This document shows, piece by piece, positions 13,633 to 25,466 of a stretch of 64,000 nucleotides of DNA. The number at the start of each line of letters is the position of its first letter. Within the stretch, counting starts at the first letter, position 1. Under the pieces are notes generated by a model. That model was not told the DNA's origin, did no database searches, and saw nothing but the letters and a program-made list of their open reading frames with translations. A program made the translations under genes and the position numbers. Source of the stretch: Somniosus microcephalus (lineage: Eukaryota); assembly GCA_052327205.1 (NCBI GenBank), contig CM126210.1, positions 149,792,001 to 149,856,000 of the forward strand, given 5' to 3'.

Positions 13633-14563
13633 ATGAGGAGGACGCGGAGAAGTGCTCTCAGCAGGAGGCCTTACCCACCTAGGGTTTTCCGAGAACAATT
13701 CTCTTACCTCAGCCTGAGCAGGGAGCAGTGTGTGAGGTGTCTGCACTTTACGAAGGAGGTGCTCACAGAAGTCTGCCACCTCTTGCAACCAGACATGCAG
13801 CCTCACGCCAGGGCAAGGACAGCGCTGCCAGTGGCTGTGAAGGTGACCGTGGTCCTGAATTTCTTCGCCAGGATCCTTCCAGACTTGAGCAGGTAACATC
13901 TGTAACATCTCACAGTTTGCCGTCCATTGCTGCACAAGAGAGGTGACAGACATTCTTTATGCCAGGAGAGGGGACTTCATTGTCTTCTCTCAAAACAGAG
14001 AGAAGCAGGTGGAACATGCACCTGGCTTTGCCAGGATAGCGGGCTTCCCCATGGTGCAGGGCGCCATCGACTGCATGCCCGTGCCTTTGTGGGCACCACC
14101 TCGAAATACTGTGATGTACCACAACCACAAAGGTTTCCACTTGCTGAATGTGCAGTTGGTGTGTGACCATGCTCAGCACATCTTAATGGTGACTGCCCGG
14201 TATCCTGGCAGCAGTCATGATGCTTTTATTCTGTGCCAGTCCGCTATTCCCTCAATCTTTGAGCCACCAAAGCAAACCAGAGGCTGGCTGCTGGGCGACA
14301 AGAGCTACCCCTTGACCACCTGGCTCATGACTCCACTCCACAACCCAACCACACGTGGCCAACATGCGTACAATGAGAGCCATGCTGCCACAAGAAACAT
14401 CATAGAGCAGACTATTGAGGTGCTGAAGCAATGGTTCTGCAACCTGGACCGCTCTGGAGGACTTCGCCATCAGAAGGACACAGCCCTTGTCACCAGGCAT
14501 ACGGCGACCAGCAGAGGAGGAAGAAGCAGAAGGGAGGAGGCAATCTTCCCGGGCTTTCTGTGA
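13633..14563 (+). pseudogene. Harbinger (HARBI1-like) DDE transposase
   Basis: RRPYPPRVFR, GFPMVQGAIDC, YPGSSHDAFIL, LLGDKSY and RNIIEQTI motifs; frameshifts and a C-terminal deletion. Confidence 0.9.
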
Positions 14564-15362
14564 TCGACTCATCCTATTGCAGTTCCAGTGAACGCAATCC
14601 CAATTCCACATTCACCAATAGTCCCATACCTTAGTATCCCTCTGATACAGACCATCACAGCATCCTCTTGGCCACAATGCTGAAATGAAAGCCACCACAA
14701 AACAAAAACTGTAGTGTATGTACCTTTAAGAGCCCCTGTGTACTGTAATACCGGTAGTGACCACTCGGGTATATAAGCCTGTATAGCGTCTTGTATCTTT
14801 TAGTTCACCTCCAGACTTTGTTCAGTAAACACCTGTTAAACCAACTCCTGCATTCCGTGTCTCCATTAACACACGGATACAACAGTGGCGACGAATTGGA
14901 AACGGACTTACCTGCAATTCGGCAGCACCTCAAGGAGATCGATTCCTCAGACGAAGGTCGAAGAAAAGAAAAAAAAAAAACTGTGAGTTCACCAGCTAGC
15001 CGGGCTGGTGGCAGGTACTGCACTAATCCTTCCTGGGTGGCGGGCTGGGGCTCGATCGGGTGGCTCTGCAGCGAGGCCGAGCAGCGAGTCGGAAGGCGGA
15101 GACAAACAGAGACGGAGGGTGGAGCACTCGGGAGACGGCCGGCGCTGCAAAGCAGGTCGGCGTTCGGACCAAGCAGAGGGAGGGAAAAGTCCCAGAGAGT
15201 CCAGCGGGAACGAGTCTCCAACTATTAAAAATATCTGTGTAAATAAAAACCGCGGAGAACAGCGTTGTCAGCAGCGGCAGCGGCGGGAAAGCACGGGAGG
15301 CACCATTTTTTCTCGGCAGGGAAGAAAGGAAAGCGCGGGAGGTGCCATTTTTGATTTTCAGG

Positions 15363-17033
15363 ATGCCTAAGACTGGCAATATTACTGCTTTCGATAGTGA
15401 TATAGAGGATTGGACCACATATGTGGAAAGAGTGGAGGTATATTGCATAGCGAATGAAGTAGAGGATGATAAAAAGGCATCGGTACTTCTAAATCTGATG
15501 GGCGCAAGGACATACGGGCTGTTACGAAACTTAATCACTCCAGCCAAACCGATGGACAAGAATTTTAAGGAGATTGTTGATACCCTACAGGAGCACTTAA
15601 ACCCAACACCGCTGCTGATAGCGGAACGATTCAAATTCTTCAGGAGGAATCAGCACAAGAATGAAAGTAACGCTGATTACCTCACTGAATTAAGAAAGCT
15701 GTCAAAGCACTGCCAATTCGGGGCAGGACTGGCAGATTCTCTACGAGACAAATTCGTCTGCGGTCTCCTAAGTGAAGGAACACAGAAAAGGCTACTTTCT
15801 GAGAAAGATTTGACACTGGACAAGGCTTTCAGTGTGGCTGTATCATACGAAGCAGCAGCAAGAGGAGCTGCAGAGATACAGCAAAAGCCACAGGACTTCG
15901 GCACCCATGAAATGACACGGGGTTTCGAGAGATGTTATCGCTGCGGCAGATCCACCCATGACCAGAGGGACTGCTGGTTCAAGGACAAAGCATGCAGGCA
16001 ATGCGGAAAGATGGGACACATTGCACGTGTATGCCGATCTGGAAACAAAAAATCCACTGACAGAAAAAAAATCAATAAGGAAAAGTACAGAAAGGTACAA
16101 ATGATGACAGACAGTAGCTCCGAAGACCAGAAGAGCGATAGCGGCTCCGGAAACAAGAGACTAAGCTGTCTCAAATTACATAATGTAATTGCCAAAGAAG
16201 ATTACCAGACCATTTGGGTTACCCTCACGATAACGGGGTCCCCAGTCAAAATGGAGCTAGATACAGGATCAGCTCTGACCGTTATAAGTCGACGGGATTA
16301 CGAGCGGCTATTTCCGCATATACCTTTGAAAGACACATCCATTATCTTGAAGACATATACGGGGCAGAAAGTATACCCCAGAGGGAAAATAAGGGTGCCT
16401 GTTGTATACAACAGCAAGGAAATACAGAAGTTGTATTTATACGTTCTGCAAGATGGTGGTCCACCGCTGTTGGGACGTGAATGGATCAGGACGATACGTT
16501 TAGACTGGCACTCCATTCAGGCACTGACGGTGACCAGTAAGAAAAAAAATGATGATGACGTCATACCTGAACGATTAAAAGACATCTTGGCCAACGCCAA
16601 AGAAGTGTTTCAACAGGAACTAGGAACCTTGAAAGGTGTCACCGCCTCAATAAAAGTGGAAGATGCGGCAATTCCCAAGTTTTTTAAGGCAAGGCCGGTG
16701 CCATACGCAATTCGTCCAGCAGTCGAGGCAGAGCTGGAGAATTTGGAAAAGGCAGGCATGTTATCCAAGGTAAATTGGAGCGAGTGGGCAACACCCATCG
16801 TCCCGGTCATGAAGAAACCGTTGAATAATGATAAATCTGAAGAACAGAGAAAAATTCGCATCTGTGGGGACGTCAAGGTGACTGTAAACCCGGTCCTTCA
16901 CACGGTACAGTATCCTCTTCCGAGGATAGAAGATATTTTCGCCAACGGTAGAAGAGGCACCTACAGTGGACCCAGTGGAGATGTTCCACTCAACCATAGT
17001 AGAATGTCTACCAGTAACAAATTCTACCATTGA
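15363..17033 (+). pseudogene. Gypsy gag-protease plus RT N-terminal stub
   Basis: Two CCHC knuckles (CYRCGRSTHDQRDC, CRQCGKMGHIARVC), MELDTGS protease, and WATPIVPV...YPLPRIEDIFAN followed by a deletion near 16947. Confidence 0.9.
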
Positions 17034-18318
17034 AAAGGAAACGAGAAATGACCCGACTCTCTCACGAGTCTACGATTTAACGGTGAAGGGATGGCCAGCA
17101 CATGGCGAACCACTGTTGCCAGCATTCTCGCAAAGAAGAGAACAGCTGTCAGTGTGCTGAGGAACCTTGATGTGTGGATCCAGAGTGGTGATTCCACCCA
17201 AACTCCAGGATAAAGTGCTAAAGGAGCTACACGAGGGGCATCTGGGTGGAGTGAAAATGAAGAACCTAGCCAGGGCGTTTGTGTGGTGGCCAGGTTTCGA
17301 TGGAGACATCGAAGAAATGACCAAGAGCTGCCTAGGATGCCAGAAGGTCCAAAACGCCCCACCACAAGCCCCTCTACATCCATGGGAGTGGCCCTCATCT
17401 CCATGGCAAAGGGTACATATCGACTTTGCTGGTCCATTTATGGACTCAATGTTCTTAATCGCAGTTGATGCACACTCCAAGTGGCCGGAGGTAATAAAGA
17501 TGTCCTCCACCACCACAGAAAAAACCATCACAGTATTAAGGACCATATTTGCCAGGAATGGGCTGCCTGAACAGATCTGTTCTGATAATGGACCGCAATT
17601 TGTGTCCGAAGAATTCAGGAAGTTCTTAAAAAACAATGGGGTTAAGCACTACACGTCCGCCCCATACCATCCCGCCACCAATGGATTAGCTGAAAGGTTT
17701 GTCCAGACCTTCTAGAAGGCCATAAAGGCCATGGATAATGAAGACATAAATCTACAACATAAGGTAGATAACTTCTTGTTTGCGTACAGGAATGCAACAC
17801 ATGTGGTTACAAACCAAACTCCCGCCATGATGTTTTTCAATAGAAGACTAAGATGCCGGCTGGATTTGATCAAGCCAAACATCAGAAGGGACGTAGAGAA
17901 CCGGCAATTTCAAGGCATGAATGAAAGGCCAACTGGAACCTTCCAGATAGGTCAACAAGTTTTGGCCCGGGACTACCGTACCGAGAAATGGCAGCCTGGA
18001 ACTATTTGCACACGACTAGGACCACTGATGTATACCGTGGACATTGGAGAAAGCCTAATAAGGCGCCATGCTGACCAGATCATAGAGTCATCCGAAAAGG
18101 GACAACCTACACCACAACTCTATACGCCTAATGATGAAGCAGAGATACCCATAGTATCTACCTCCGATCCGGTGATACTGGAACCAGATGAACCCGACAC
18201 TGGCATTCAAGCCAAATCAACCTTGCCAAAAGAACCTTACTACACCACCGAAAACTACTACACTACCGAGGCGTTATCCGGACCGAGTCAGGAAGCCTCC
18301 AGAGAGACTGACTTATAA
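16950..18318 (+). pseudogene. Gypsy integrase
   Basis: LHEGHLG...CLGCQ zinc finger and RVHIDFAGP / SDNGPQF / NGLAERFV motifs; in-frame stops at 17158 and 17713. Confidence 0.9.
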
Positions 18319-18632
18319 TTGATTAACTGCAGCAAATGTGTAGATTATTGTTCTTGTAAACATGTTAATTAATGATTACTTAAAATGTTATGTACTAATT
18401 ATCTAAAAGGGGAGGAATTGTAGTGTATGTACCTTTAAGAGCCCCTGTTTACTGTAATACCGGTAGTGACCGCTCGGGTATATAAGCTTGTATAGCGTCT
18501 TGTATCTTTTAGTTCACCTCCAGACTTTGTTCAGTAAACACCTGTTAAACCAACTCTTGCATTCCGTGTCTCCATTAACACACGGATACAACAAAAACAT
18601 TCCAAACCAACTATACATCAATCCATCAAATA

Positions 18633-20586
18633 TTACATAGAAAAATCACCCTTTTGCATTCCCTTAGTGCCTGTCTTCCATGTGCCTTTGCCTGTCCTAG
18701 TGCTCCTACGAAGTGCTACCCCAGTGACTGCACCATGGCTGGTGGAAGGCTGCAGACTTTCAGTGGAGGAGACTGCAGGTGGCCTTGCAGGATGACCTCA
18801 AGCAGCTGTGGGCCTAGGAGGCCCAGCTGCAGACTGCACCACCTCGGCATGGGTGGCAGCAGGCTGGGCTGGCTGGCTGACAGGCAACAAACAGCAAGGG
18901 CACTGGTGGAGTGTCAGTGGTGGGAGGACGAATGCTGTCATCCTAAGTGAGGACAGCAGGTTCATGCTCCACGGAGCCACTGCCACCCCCCCCGGGGTGA
19001 CACCTCAGCAATCCTAGTAATTGTTGGAGGACAGATTGCTGGAATTATGTGACACCCTGCAAGCCCCTTTTCATGCTGGTAAACACAGCCATGATGGCAT
19101 CAGACTAAGCTTGCGTAGCAGCAAGCTGTGCCTGCATGAGAGCAGTCTGAGCTTGCATGACAGAATTCTGAGCTTCCACTGCAGCACTCAGACATTGGGT
19201 GGCTTCTGACTGTGGTGCAATGGAAGCTGAGCCATCGGCCATTAGACCCTGCATCATGGTTGGGTCCACAAGTGCGGAAATAGAGTTGGCCATCACTCCC
19301 ATGCTGGAAATCATGGTCTCCAAGCTCTACGCAAAGCCCTGTGGAAGGTTGGTGCCGGACTCCTCCATGGTCCTTGACATTGCACTCCGGCTTTCTGGCA
19401 GGCCTGCCAATGCACTAAGCATTTCGTTGTGTATACCCATCAGCCTTCTTCTGTAGGCCGCCCCATCAAAGTCCTCATCTGAGCCCTGTGCAGCAGAAGT
19501 CATGTGCGACCTCACTCTCTGGGGAGCTGGCACCTGCGCTCCTCTTTCCCCCTGCCTTGACTGCGGGCCACTCGAGTCCGGTGTCTCACCACGTGCAGAT
19601 CCCGCGCCTAACCTATCCTCTAAAGTACGCAGAGTATCAGTATCTGAGCTGATGGCAGAGTGTGTGAAATCGAGTGACACTGTGTCTTCATGGTCACTTT
19701 CTTCCTGCGCCTCCAATAGTGCCTGGCCAGGTGGCAGTTCCTGGCTATCTGAAAGGAGAAAGGCTTAATGGTAGGGTTGTGGTGATGGGAACGGGGGAAA
19801 GCAAGAAATGCATGCTTACACCATCTGCAGTTTGTAAGTCAGAAGAGATTGTGGAATGAGGGGGAAGTGGGATGTGAGAAGGAGGATTATGTATGAGGAT
19901 ACCGTCATCTTGAACAGCTTCAGACCCGCCGCTGGCCACGGGCTCAGCGATTGCCCTGCCAAGAATGACCAGCACTTTCTCCTCCAGGGGGGTGAGATTA
20001 TGTAGGCATGCCTGTGCCCCTTTGGGTAGCCCCTGCTAACTCCGATTGTGAGTGATCTTGTTCTGCAAGAGAAAGGGAAGTGTGCCAGTGAGAGTGGTGC
20101 AATGTGTTTGGGTGATGTGCCTGTCATGGTTGAATAGCTGACAGTGTGTGCAAGCTGAGAGATGTGGGTGTGAGTCTTGCAGCAGTGTAAGTATGTGAGG
20201 GTACGGTAAAGCTATAAATGTGAGGTAAGAGTCATGTTTGGTAGAGATTGTTGGTAGGTGAGTAATGGGGGTGTGGTGCCTGGAGCAGTGTGGAAGTCTA
20301 GTGGCGCAGATGGTGGAATATGGCATTTGAAGATGAATTCACTGACCTTGACCATTCATGTGAGGTCATTAAACTTCTTCCGGCACTGCAGCCAGCTCCT
20401 CGGGGTGACACTGCTGTCATTGACAGCTATGGCTATCTGTTCCCATTGGCGTTTTCTAGTTTGCCTGGAAGGCCTCCTGGCCCCCTATGGAAATAAGACC
20501 TCTCTCCTCCTTTCCACCTCCTGCACCAAGGCCTCCAGTGCCGCATCAAAGAACCTTGGTGCACACTCTCTCCCCTGTTGTGACAT
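18633..20586 (-). pseudogene. Harbinger Myb/SANT-like DNA-binding protein; 3 exons (20586-20347, 20062-19903, 19748-18633)
   Basis: MSQQGRECAPRFFDAALEALV...W..IA..VN......RSWLQCRKKFNDLT. GT-AG introns lie at the same positions as in element 2; several stops. Confidence 0.82.
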
Positions 20587-22059
20587 TTGCACTGTTTCCC
20601 CCCTCCCTTGTCCAGTTGCATGAGCTGCTGCAGGCAGAATGCACTTCCCCTTTAAGAGGTGCAGACTGTATTTAAGAAGTGGAGGCTAGCTGTCATTGGT
20701 TCTAGCCTTGCACAAATTTCAGCCCCCCTGCTGAGCGTTCAGCCACTATAATTAACAGGCAGCACGAAGGTCACGTGCTGCCTGCATTCCTTTCAACGGG
20801 CGCAGGGCGATCTCGCATCGCAATCCCCGCGCCTGTGTTCAGGTGTGATCCAATTTTTAGCCCTAGGTTTCTACATGAAGTTCAGTTGTACAGTTTTTTT
20901 AATTCCAGAATTTATAATTTTTTTTGAAAATGCTCTTATACAATGATCCAATGCAAAACGAAGAGCACCATAGTGTCTTTGTACAAGACCTTGATTAGGC
21001 CCCATCTAGAATACTGTATCTTGTATGAAACACCACACTCTTCTGTCCTTTTACACTCTGCGACCTTCTTTTAGCTCGTGATTTGAAAATATATATTGCT
21101 TAAGGTTATTTCTAATGTTTATATCTGAGACTTCAATTTTTTTTTAAATTTGTGAATTGCCTGCAGTAAAGTGGTGATGCATAAGTTATAGTAGCTCAGT
21201 AGTAAGTATTTGACATGGAACTCCTATATATACTGATGCAATAGCATTTACACCTGAATCCAAATGAACCGTGGTTTGGCTTACTGCAGATCTAGCTCTG
21301 AGGTCTGGATCATCTACACTGTTGCTGACCTCAAACCTCAAAATCCTACTGTGCAGCTGCCCAAGTGGATTGCTGTACAGTGACCTCATGTCACAACATG
21401 GATGTGTGCCTGTTGCCTGGAAACAAGTCCAACGCATCAAAGGCCAGCTCAGCTGTTGTGCCAGAGCAGCGTATGGCTTTTGTAGTAATGTGAAACCCAC
21501 AGGTAACGCGAAGGGTATGTTTAGTACCAGCATGACAACAGTTATTAGAGTTAACTGTGCCAAGGCTCACCAAAGACAGCTCCACATTACATTCCCTCCA
21601 AGTTAAGCTTTGTATAAAGTGGTCCTTAAAATTTCCATCGCATGGTTGTTGAGCAAAAGCAGTTTTGTGACATTAATTGGGAAGGATTTTTTTTATATCA
21701 CTGTGTTTGATTCTCTTTGTGCAAACAATGATTTGAATATTTTGGCACAATTTCTTAAAGTTGTGCGACTGACCCTGAGAAAGGAATTCATGCTACGCCT
21801 TTATATGTGTAGGCTTATTATTAAATAATAAATTCCTTTTAATTATATATTCACATGGAGGAGGAAAAGCTGAAATAAAAACGTATTTTCAGTTAGAACA
21901 CATTTTATAATTCTGCATTGGTAACCTGGTAACAAGTTAGTATTTTGAAGTCAAGGATCTTTAATCTGTCGCAGTAATGAATGTTGTTTAACCACCTGAA
22001 TACAATTAACAAGGATCTTGGTATGATTAATATTAAAATGTTCATTTTAAGTTAAATCT

Positions 22060-22972
22060 TGCTCTCCAAGGGTTATATTCTCTCAGCGGGATGGCTGAAG
22101 AATGTGTGTTCAAGCCAGACCAACCAGCTTGGGTAACGTTGCTTCTCACGTAGCGCTGCAGTTTTTGACGTTGAAGCACAGTCAGACTCATCAGACCGGA
22201 TATTAACTCCCAGCGGGAGTCGTGCGGGCGAGGGCTTGGCTGGATGGCTAACCGGCCCTGAGTTATGATAAAATAACCAAGGGCCGTAACCAGGAAAACC
22301 TCTTGTGTGAACTAGATACTGTAATCTTACCAGGTGCCTCCGTGTGCACTTTTTCAATTGCTCCGAAAGGCAGGCTGATTAACACTTTAGCGAGACAAGG
22401 CCAAGTAAGAATTGTATCATGTGACTAGCTATTGGACATTAAAGGTAAACTGGTTGCAGGAAAGAATGGTGGTGCTGATTCCCTGAGAGTATCTAGTGCA
22501 GACAGATGTGTTTCTGACGGGCAGTTTGCCCTGAAATGACACGGTGGGGTACTGGTGTCCAAGCACTTAATACATTCGTCTAAGATTCATTCATCTAGCG
22601 GAGTTGTCAACCCATTTGTTTTGAATAGGTAACTGGCCCCTCTAAAACAGCAGGAAGCAAAATTTCAGATAAAGCCATTTGTATCCATGGTATAAATCCA
22701 GGGCCTACACGTTTGACACTTAAAGCTGGAACTTGTTCCCATTTGCAACTGGCTGATAGTCAATTATAGTTTTCTAAGAGTATTCAGGTCTCAAGGGTAG
22801 GAAAAGTTAGTAACCCAACTCATCCCACTGGGCACGTCATCTGCTAAACAAGTAGAATCCAGTGCTGGCGGTCAGAATCCCTGGTTGTAATACTCAGGGA
22901 GCTCCATCTCTACAGCGGGAATTGTGTGTACAGTGAAGGGGGAGAACGGGGCAGAATGCAAAAAAGAAAGGC
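22060..22972 (+). ncRNA. Candidate large structured non-coding RNA or a retroposed copy of one; GOLLD-like by recall only
   Basis: No convincing ORF, multiple short hairpins, roughly two dozen CpGs within AT-rich flanks, an A-rich 3' tract and a degenerate flanking direct repeat. See findings. Confidence 0.45.
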
Positions 22973-23082
22973 AGTTAGATCATCTAAACGGTGCGGATGT
23001 TTTCCCAACATAAATATTTATTATTCAAATAAATGAGGGAAGTGTAAAATCTTTTTGATGAACTCTTCTAATTTATTCACAG

Positions 23083-23201
23083 TTAATGATGAAGAAAGGG
23101 AGCCACTTCCCTCGTTAGAGCAACCTGGCTGGTACTCACAAGGTAATTGGAGCCATCTTAATGAACTACTGAAAAAGATAACTGGAAAATCAGATCCGAA
23201 G
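23083..23201 (+). CDS. NT5DC1: NT5DC1 internal coding exon (119 bp)
   Basis: ttcacAG acceptor and AAG|GTACGC donor. Translates NDEEREPLPSLEQPGWYSQGNWSHLNELLKKITGKSDPK, which I recognise as the NT5DC1 PGWYSQGN...LLKK.TGK..PK segment. The phase-0 end matches the next exon. Confidence 0.92.
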
Positions 23202-24875
23202 GTACGCTGAGAGTTTATGGTATATAAGTTATACTAATAAAAGTAAAATATTCACTGCAGCCTTTTTTACTCACGGATATTTCTTAACCTTTCCAAGATA
23301 TTCTTCACAGGAGATAAAACTCAAAGGTGTAAGCACTAAAGCAAGATGACGAGTTGCCATCTTGGAATTTCACTAAAAATAGACAAGAACTGTGGGAAAA
23401 TCTGGATATTGTCCTGATAAGATTTACAATTCTGCTAATTATCATTGTCTTCAAATACATGAATCCACTTTGATTTTCTGTCTATTCTACTTGTTTTGAT
23501 ATATTAGTAGTTTTGTTATAAAATAATTAATGTTCCTTCTTCAGGGCTGCTCATAGCAACTAGAAAAGAGAGGTGTGTGAGGCGATTTTAAATGTATTTT
23601 TATTGCTAGCTGATCTCCTATGATGTTGCTCATGATCCAGAGTGGGGTTGTGATCTTTTATCATGGCTCCATTCTGAGTCAGGGAGTATAGAAATAAAAA
23701 GAATTAGAACCAGGTTATAGCAAGAGAAATAGAGGTTTGTTGAGGTTTTGCTTTTGATGACTATTAACTTCTAACTTCAAAGCAAACTCGGATAACCCAT
23801 GAGAGTAGAGAAAATGTTTTTTTTCAGTGCAGTTGCAGAACTAGTTCCACAAAGTCTCAAATTGCATTTCCTACCCAGAATACTGAACACGATTCCACAA
23901 GGAGAATTGATATTAGCAGGTTAAACACTTCCTGTTAGGAAAATAAACACTGCCTCCTTTACCATGGGTCTCACCTATTTAATAGTGCCAGGGACGCACA
24001 AAACGGTGATGGCAACTGTTATGAAAGATTTTTCCAACATTTGGAGTCTTTACCATATATTTAAAATATGCAAACCTTCTAAACAAAGGCAAATTTTATG
24101 AGGGTGAAGACTGAAAGCACAAGTTATTGGTAAATCAGCTGGGATTGCAAGGCTGGTTTAGATCCCTAGATCCATTCTAAATCTAATCTGAGATGAGGCT
24201 GCTCCAATGAGTTGGGTGAGTTGCTCCAATCACAACAAAATGTTCATTTGTTAGTTGGGTAGTTGACAAGGTAACTAGAGGGGAAGAGAAACACAGACAA
24301 GTGGTTCTTCATCAGGAGTGATTTATTCTTAGCTATGCTATTACCAAAGGAACTGAATATTATCAGTACCTTGACTGAATACTTAGCCAAGTTTTGTACA
24401 ATCAGTACAAATAAAGCAACGCTAAACTTCTTTGTTTACTTCAAATTGAAGTGGATCATTTTAGTGGGTAAGGTTTTTGGTACGATGCCTGCTCAGACTT
24501 GAGTTCTGACTTGCCCTCAGCATTTAAAAGGGTGTAATAGCTCCGTAAACTTTAATTTGTAGCTAGTAAAGTTTGTGTTGCAGCCAAAAGCCTCTAACAC
24601 CACAGTATGAATCACACAGTACAATAACAGTGCATAATGAGTCAATTGGTACATTGACACTGCAACATATGCTGAGTACTGATAGATACATATTTGTTCT
24701 TCAGATATAATTGCCCAATCCCAGTTGCCCTGAGAAAGTGTGCCTTCTCCTTAAACCGCAGCAGTCCTTGTGGTGATGGTGCTCTTTCCGTGGTGTTAGG
24801 TAGGGAATTCCAGGATTGTGTGTGACTTGAAGGGTAACTTGGAGATGATGGTGTTCCCACAACATTGCTGCTCTT

Positions 24876-25028
24876 TTGTTTCTTTCACTTCTTTTGTCCG
24901 ATCACAGCCCTGCCTTCGATCTGTTTTCTTTCCAGTTTTGAAGAAGGGTTCGACCCAAAACGTCAACTCAAATTTCTCTCCACGGATGTTGCCTGACCTG
25001 CTGAGTTTTTCCAGCATTTTCTGTTGTT
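24876..25028 (+). mobile_element. Penelope-like terminal fragment with a degenerate type I hammerhead ribozyme
   Basis: 12-bp flanking direct repeat ATTGCTGCTCTT (24864-24875, 25029-25040). AGTT-TTGAAGA-A-GGGT-TCG-ACCC-AAAAC-GTC-AACT at 24934-24968. Confidence 0.7.
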
Positions 25029-25466
25029 ATTGCTGCTCTTGCTCTTCTTTGTGGTAGAAGTCACAGGAGAGGGAGGTGCTGTCGCAGTAACCTTGGTGAG
25101 TTGCTGCAGTGAATCCTGCAGATTGTGACATGCTGCAACCACAGTGCACTGGTGAAGGAGAGGCGGATATTGAGTCCAGTGGCAGAAACACCAATCAAGT
25201 GAACTGTTCTGTACTGAACGGTGTGGAGTGTTGTGGCTGTGTCCATCCAGGTGACTGGTGATAATTCCATCACACTCCCAACTTGAGCCTTGTAGATGGT
25301 GGGGAGGCTTTGAAGGGTCAGGAGATGAGCTACTCATCTCAGAGTACCAGGCTCTGTCTGTTCTTGTAGCTGTGGTGTTCATATGGCTGGTCCAGTTCAG
25401 CTTCTGGTCAAGGATGATCCTCAGGCTGTTGATGGTGATTGACTCAGCAATGGTGGTACCATTGAA

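Larger units (their letters stand above)
14710..18593 (+). mobile_element. Ty3/Gypsy (Mag-like) LTR element lacking RT/RNase H
   Basis: 175-bp LTRs at 14710-14884 and 18419-18593 (4 differences) and a 5-bp TSD AAAAC. PBS TGGCGACGA (tRNA-Ser type) at 14886; PPT AAAAGGGGAGGAA. Confidence 0.95.
13245..20863 (+). mobile_element. Degenerate PIF/Harbinger DNA transposon 1 (convergent transposase and Myb/SANT genes) carrying a Gypsy insertion
   Basis: Imperfect TIRs GGGTGAAAAATT / AATTTTTAGCCC, flanks TAA / TAG, and two convergent genes. Confidence 0.88.

Noticed and set aside
21186-21563. 125-aa ORF with a hydrophobic N-terminus (possible nested antisense gene such as COL10A1)
   Set aside because: Non-ATG start and no Gly-X-Y or C1q sequence anywhere in the window. 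As I recall, COL10A1 lies in an earlier NT5DC1 intron.
22160-22200. Minus-strand CTGATGA suggesting a hammerhead ribozyme
   Set aside because: No properly closed stem II followed by GAAA, and no matching stems I and III.
22073-22357. 94-aa minus-strand ORF in the structured block
   Set aside because: Non-ATG start, no recognisable domain, and a length expected by chance.
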